The notes below the pieces were generated by a model that worked only from the letters and a program-made list of their open reading frames with translations, was not told the origin of the DNA and did no database searches. DNA of 63,994 bases, filler included, from Streblomastix strix (lineage: Eukaryota), in the NCBI GenBank assembly GCA_008636045.1. It is 4 parts of 4 records of this genome, joined end to end, with 100 filler letters (N's around TTAATTAATTAA, not from the genome) between each part and the next. Parts side by side here need not be neighbours in the genome. Positions count along the whole stretch, not along the records: positions 48,959 to 63,994 come from SNRW01001045.1; 3 more parts are not named here. One strand, given 5' to 3'. Both the position numbers and the translations under genes were made by a program. Below are positions 60,201-63,994 of this stretch, one piece after another; position 1 is the first letter of the stretch, and the number at the start of each line of letters is the position of its first letter.

Positions 60201-61549
60201 ATAATTTAAGTTTGGAAACAACAAACAAAGACAAATCCTTTCATTTAGTCACTGAACAATAAAATATCTATTGTGATGTAACGTTGAACAATATTCTTCC
60301 ATTATTCAATTCTGAACTTATTCGAACTTACATTCTTTGTGATCCTCGAGTCCAACCCCTGATACTGCTTGTGAAGCATTGGGCATTGAAACGAGGAGTT
60401 GTTGGAGCTGCTCATGGATTCTTATCTATGTATGGTTGGGTTCTAATGGTTATTGCCTTCCTTTAACTCATACGCGTTATTCCAGATTTATAAAGTAAAG
60501 AATATATTTAGAAAGCATTTGAGTGGAGAAAGTGGCTTCGCGAGTAAGAAAGGGATTAAGCTATATATGAAGAGAAGAGAAGATACTTTCTTCATAAATA
60601 AGAATCAAAGGAAGCTAAAATATTTGATGAAAACAAATTTAGTGATTTTACAGATATATATGATGGCATTTTGAATAGTTCTCTCGAAGATCAAACAATT
60701 TTTGATGATGAAGAAAGTTCTGATAACATAAACAATAAAGTTAGAACAAAAGAAAAACAAGAATCAAAAGAAAGAATCGGTTTTATTGATTAAAATAATC
60801 CAACAAGATATTGTAGAACAAGATAAATTGACAGAATTCGATACAAAGAACATTTGAAAGAATTGAATAAATTAGCAATTTAAAGATGCTCTGGAGTTGG
60901 ATATGGATAAGATGATAATCCATATCTTTTGAAAGAAAATATTAAAATTGGCATTTAATTCAGTTTAGACATTTGGAATTGGAAAGAAGCTTAATTGAGA
61001 TAATAATCCATGGTTAATTATGCAGAAAGATTGGCTGTTCGAATTGTTAATTAACTCCAATGCATAAATAAAGAAAATTTGAGTTTAGCAACTATTCTTG
61101 GTTATAATACTGAAGAGCTTAAGATTATTCCTATGAACAAAATGAATATTAGTGAATTATTTGCTGGATTTTTCAGATTTTATGCAAAGGAAATTAAACC
61201 ATAAAGTGGAGTACTAAGTATAAAACAAGGTCGGATTATAGATTTAGCTTAATTTTAAACTTCAATTTAAATAGGAAGGAAAATTTCTTAAAATAAATCC
61301 TAGGTTCAAAATAAAGCTGAAATTGATTAAAATAGAGGAAATGATTTTGAAAAATAGAATAATATATTTATACCTTCGTTTTTCTATATATAGGATCCAT
61401 TCATTTCAAATAGAAATGTTGGAAAACAAGTTCTTTATTAGAATGTTTAGATAGTATTGGATGAAATTTCTCGTGCGTCTCAAATTCTTGATGCTGGTGG
61501 AGATTTAAAAAAGGCTATGGAAACTAAGATTGAATAATAATCAAATTGA
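57206..61549 (+). CDS. Cid1/TUTase-family terminal nucleotidyltransferase (non-canonical poly(A)/poly(U) polymerase), about 1447 aa
   Basis: FGSARSLLLTPQSDVDIVI (GS...DxD), NARIPVIK, CDVTLNN, LILLVKHWALKRG...LSMYGWVLMVIAFLQ, ISELFAGFFRFYA, IQDPFISNRNVGK. Confidence 0.9.
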
Positions 61550-61842
61550 TGTTAATAACAGCTGGCCTAGGAGATAAATTAACATATAATAACCTCATTT
61601 TAAATCCTATAATGTTTTAAACATAAACTCTTCTCAATATATATACGTTTTACTGTATTCAATTTCATTTCATATAAGCCAAAAGAAATTAAAGAATATG
61701 CCCAATTGCAATAAAATGAATATAATAAAATCACTTAACTTTAAAAAATAATTTAAAATATAACGTTGCTATTTAAAAAATAAAATAAAGTCACAATCGA
61801 CACAATAAGTAAAAATAACAAAAAAACATCTATGGAATAATG

Positions 61843-62415
61843 TCATTTCTTCTTCATAACAATTGGATTTTCAAGGCCAAATGAGGTTCCAGAAGGTGGT
61901 GGAGTTGAATGGCCGCTTGATTGTAAGCTTTTGCGTCTCTCAGCTGCAGCTGTAACTTTTTTCGATTAATTTGCATGATTAATTTTATTTTCAGTAATTT
62001 TTTTTCTGTTTTCATCTGCAATTAGTAGTTTTCTATTAAGTACCTCATTCTCTATTTTTGATTGCTTGCTAATATTATCCCTAAGCTTATTTTAAACAGA
62101 TGTTGCTTTTTGACTCTCTGAATGAGCAATATTCACTCGCTTAAAATTAATAGAAATTATTGATTATATTTCCATAAAAAAAATAATAAGTGAATTATAA
62201 TTATATAGATAAATATTAATTCACACATGTTCAATATCAATGTTTCTATTCAAATCTGCTCGTTGAAGTCTCTCGTTCAATTTTTAATTTTCATTTTTCA
62301 AGATTGTGTTGGCAGCAAGCCTACGAGCGACTTTAGGTTAAATTTCGCTTTTTTATAATTTAATTTCGAATGATACTGGCTTTGCAACTGGTCTTGCTAC
62401 CTATTTGATTGACAT
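61843..62415 (-). CDS. Stathmin-like small coiled-coil protein, 161 aa, one intron
   Basis: Intron 62140-62226; VSFEIKL...LNERLQRADLNR...VLNRKLLIADENR...AAAERRKS; two repeats 51 aa apart. Confidence 0.65.
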
Positions 62416-62545
62416 ATGATGAAAAATTTTGTATTATAGTCAAAAACTAATCAATTGAAAAATTTAATAATTATTAATATTTATTTAAGGATAAATGTTA
62501 TTAATTTATTATAAGCTAATTGATATTAAAAATTTAAAGAAATAT

Positions 62546-63994
62546 TGATTTGTTATCCCCGTATCTCCTTATCTCACCTCTTTATTGAGATACCACTGTG
62601 GCTCCAATATGATCGGTGCACGAACAGGCATCCGATCTATGGGGTGGCCTATTTGATGTGGCAAAGAATTCAAATAAGAAACAACAACTTTACAAAAGTA
62701 ATAAAAATTACATCCGAGTCCCAGTAAAGAGAGTTCGGCAGGACGAGACAAGACAAGAAGAAATTAAAAATATAGTAGTCAGAGTGGGATAAAATTAAAT
62801 ATTAAAAACTCTCTTGGAAAAATATTGATTAACGTTAATAAAAAACCCAGTTAAATATATATAAATTTAGTAAAAATTTTAGAAAAAAACTAAATCGAGA
62901 GTAAAAAATTGGTTTGAAAAAACTTCTCTCGTGGGGAAAATAAATAAATAAGATTAAAAAACCCCATAAAAATTGATAAATTAATGGTTTAACTGCTCTT
63001 ATGAAGAAAAGAAAATTCAGAGTCTCATAGAAAAACCTCAGGTAGTAGTGGCATAAGTATAAAGATAATTGTAAAACAGTTAAAATTAAAAATTAAATGC
63101 GTTGATACTTCATTATCTGCTTAACCATATTTGAAAGGTTGATTTAATTTCACTCATTCGTCTATTTCTTCTTCATATTCGTCGATGCAACTCGTTGACA
63201 ACAAATCTTTATCGATAATCCGTTATATCAAACTTATCAAACTTTGACAGAGTAATGTCCTTATCTCATCGTTATCATTTCATGCGCTGCAGCCCACCTT
63301 CAGCATCATTCCGCTTATTCGATCCTTCTGATCTCTAGGGAATTATCTCTTTATTTCTATTTCACCTCGGGTTGGGATACATATTTTGGATGGGCCAGAG
63401 GTGAGATAAGGAAATACGGGGATAACAAATCATTACTCTGTCTTCAAGGGAAACGAGGATAATAATTGGTTACACCCTCTTTCCTTATTTCACCTCTTTA
63501 TTGAGATATTTAGTTTAACCTTTCATTATCTTGGACTTTTATTACTTGTTAATTACCTAATTATGTCATTAGCTCTTGTTGAGGGTGCAAAAAAATAGTA
63601 TTCTTAGACGATAAGTGAGTTTTAGGAGTGACGTTTAAAGGTAGCGAGATCTTTTCAGGGATTTCAGGCTTTGCTAACTCTGCTGTTGCTGAGTGTCGCA
63701 TTGAATACGCTGATGCTCCTTCTTTCTTCAGTTCTTTTAGTAGTTTTGTAAGTTGTAGACTGATGTTTTTTGTAGTTGTTGGTTTATTAAACCCTTTACG
63801 CCACAATAAAAAGTCTGTACCTTTCTGAAATTGTTTCTTTGGTCTATCAATACAGTCAAATATTGCATGTTTTGGACTTAACTTTTCATTGACAGTCTCG
63901 TATACCTCATATGTTTCTATTGCATTTGCTTGTTTTGGTACCAATATTAGTGATGCTTGGTTTTCTGTTTGTTAGTATTAGAGAATTTTGGTTT
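62546..63994 (-). mobile_element. 3' end of a DIRS-like tyrosine-recombinase retroelement (degenerate)
   Basis: YR C-terminal motifs followed by a 36-bp internal segment (63397-63432) complementary to the presumed terminus (62546-62581); no RT/RNase H within the window. Confidence 0.7.
63540..63994 (-). pseudogene. Tyrosine recombinase C-terminal part, frameshifted
   Basis: ISLQLTKLLKELKKEGASAYSMRHSATAELAK, then frameshift to DLATFKRHSQNSLIVQEYYFF (R...H...Y catalytic positions). Confidence 0.8.

Overview
Very AT-rich eukaryotic DNA that reads as genes only if TAA and TAG encode Gln and TGA is the sole stop, so the standard-code ORF track is mostly fragments or antisense noise. The code, the short GT-AG introns, the gene families and fold-back chimeras suggest an oxymonad such as Streblomastix (inference). 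The window is four probably unrelated contigs of about 16.2 kb joined by N-TTAATTAATTAA-N linkers. Contig 1 (1-16221) has an ARM-like host gene and then a decayed endogenous Polinton-like DNA virus: rve integrase, primase/D5-like SF3 helicase, phage tail-fibre-like protein, and putative major and minor capsid proteins. It also carries a hairpin array and a ~160-bp non-coding module repeated in alternating orientation at gene-block boundaries. Contig 2 has a giant VPS13-family gene and the 5' end of an NDK gene. Contig 3 has a CELF RNA-binding protein, a rhodanese-DSP phosphatase-like gene, a THP3/LENG8-like gene, a SPRY-like gene and an ARM-like gene. Contig 4 has a GDH pseudogene fragment, a VPS9-domain gene, a Cid1-type terminal nucleotidyltransferase, a stathmin-like gene and the end of a DIRS-like tyrosine-recombinase element. 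All translations and alignments were done by eye, and exon boundaries are approximate.
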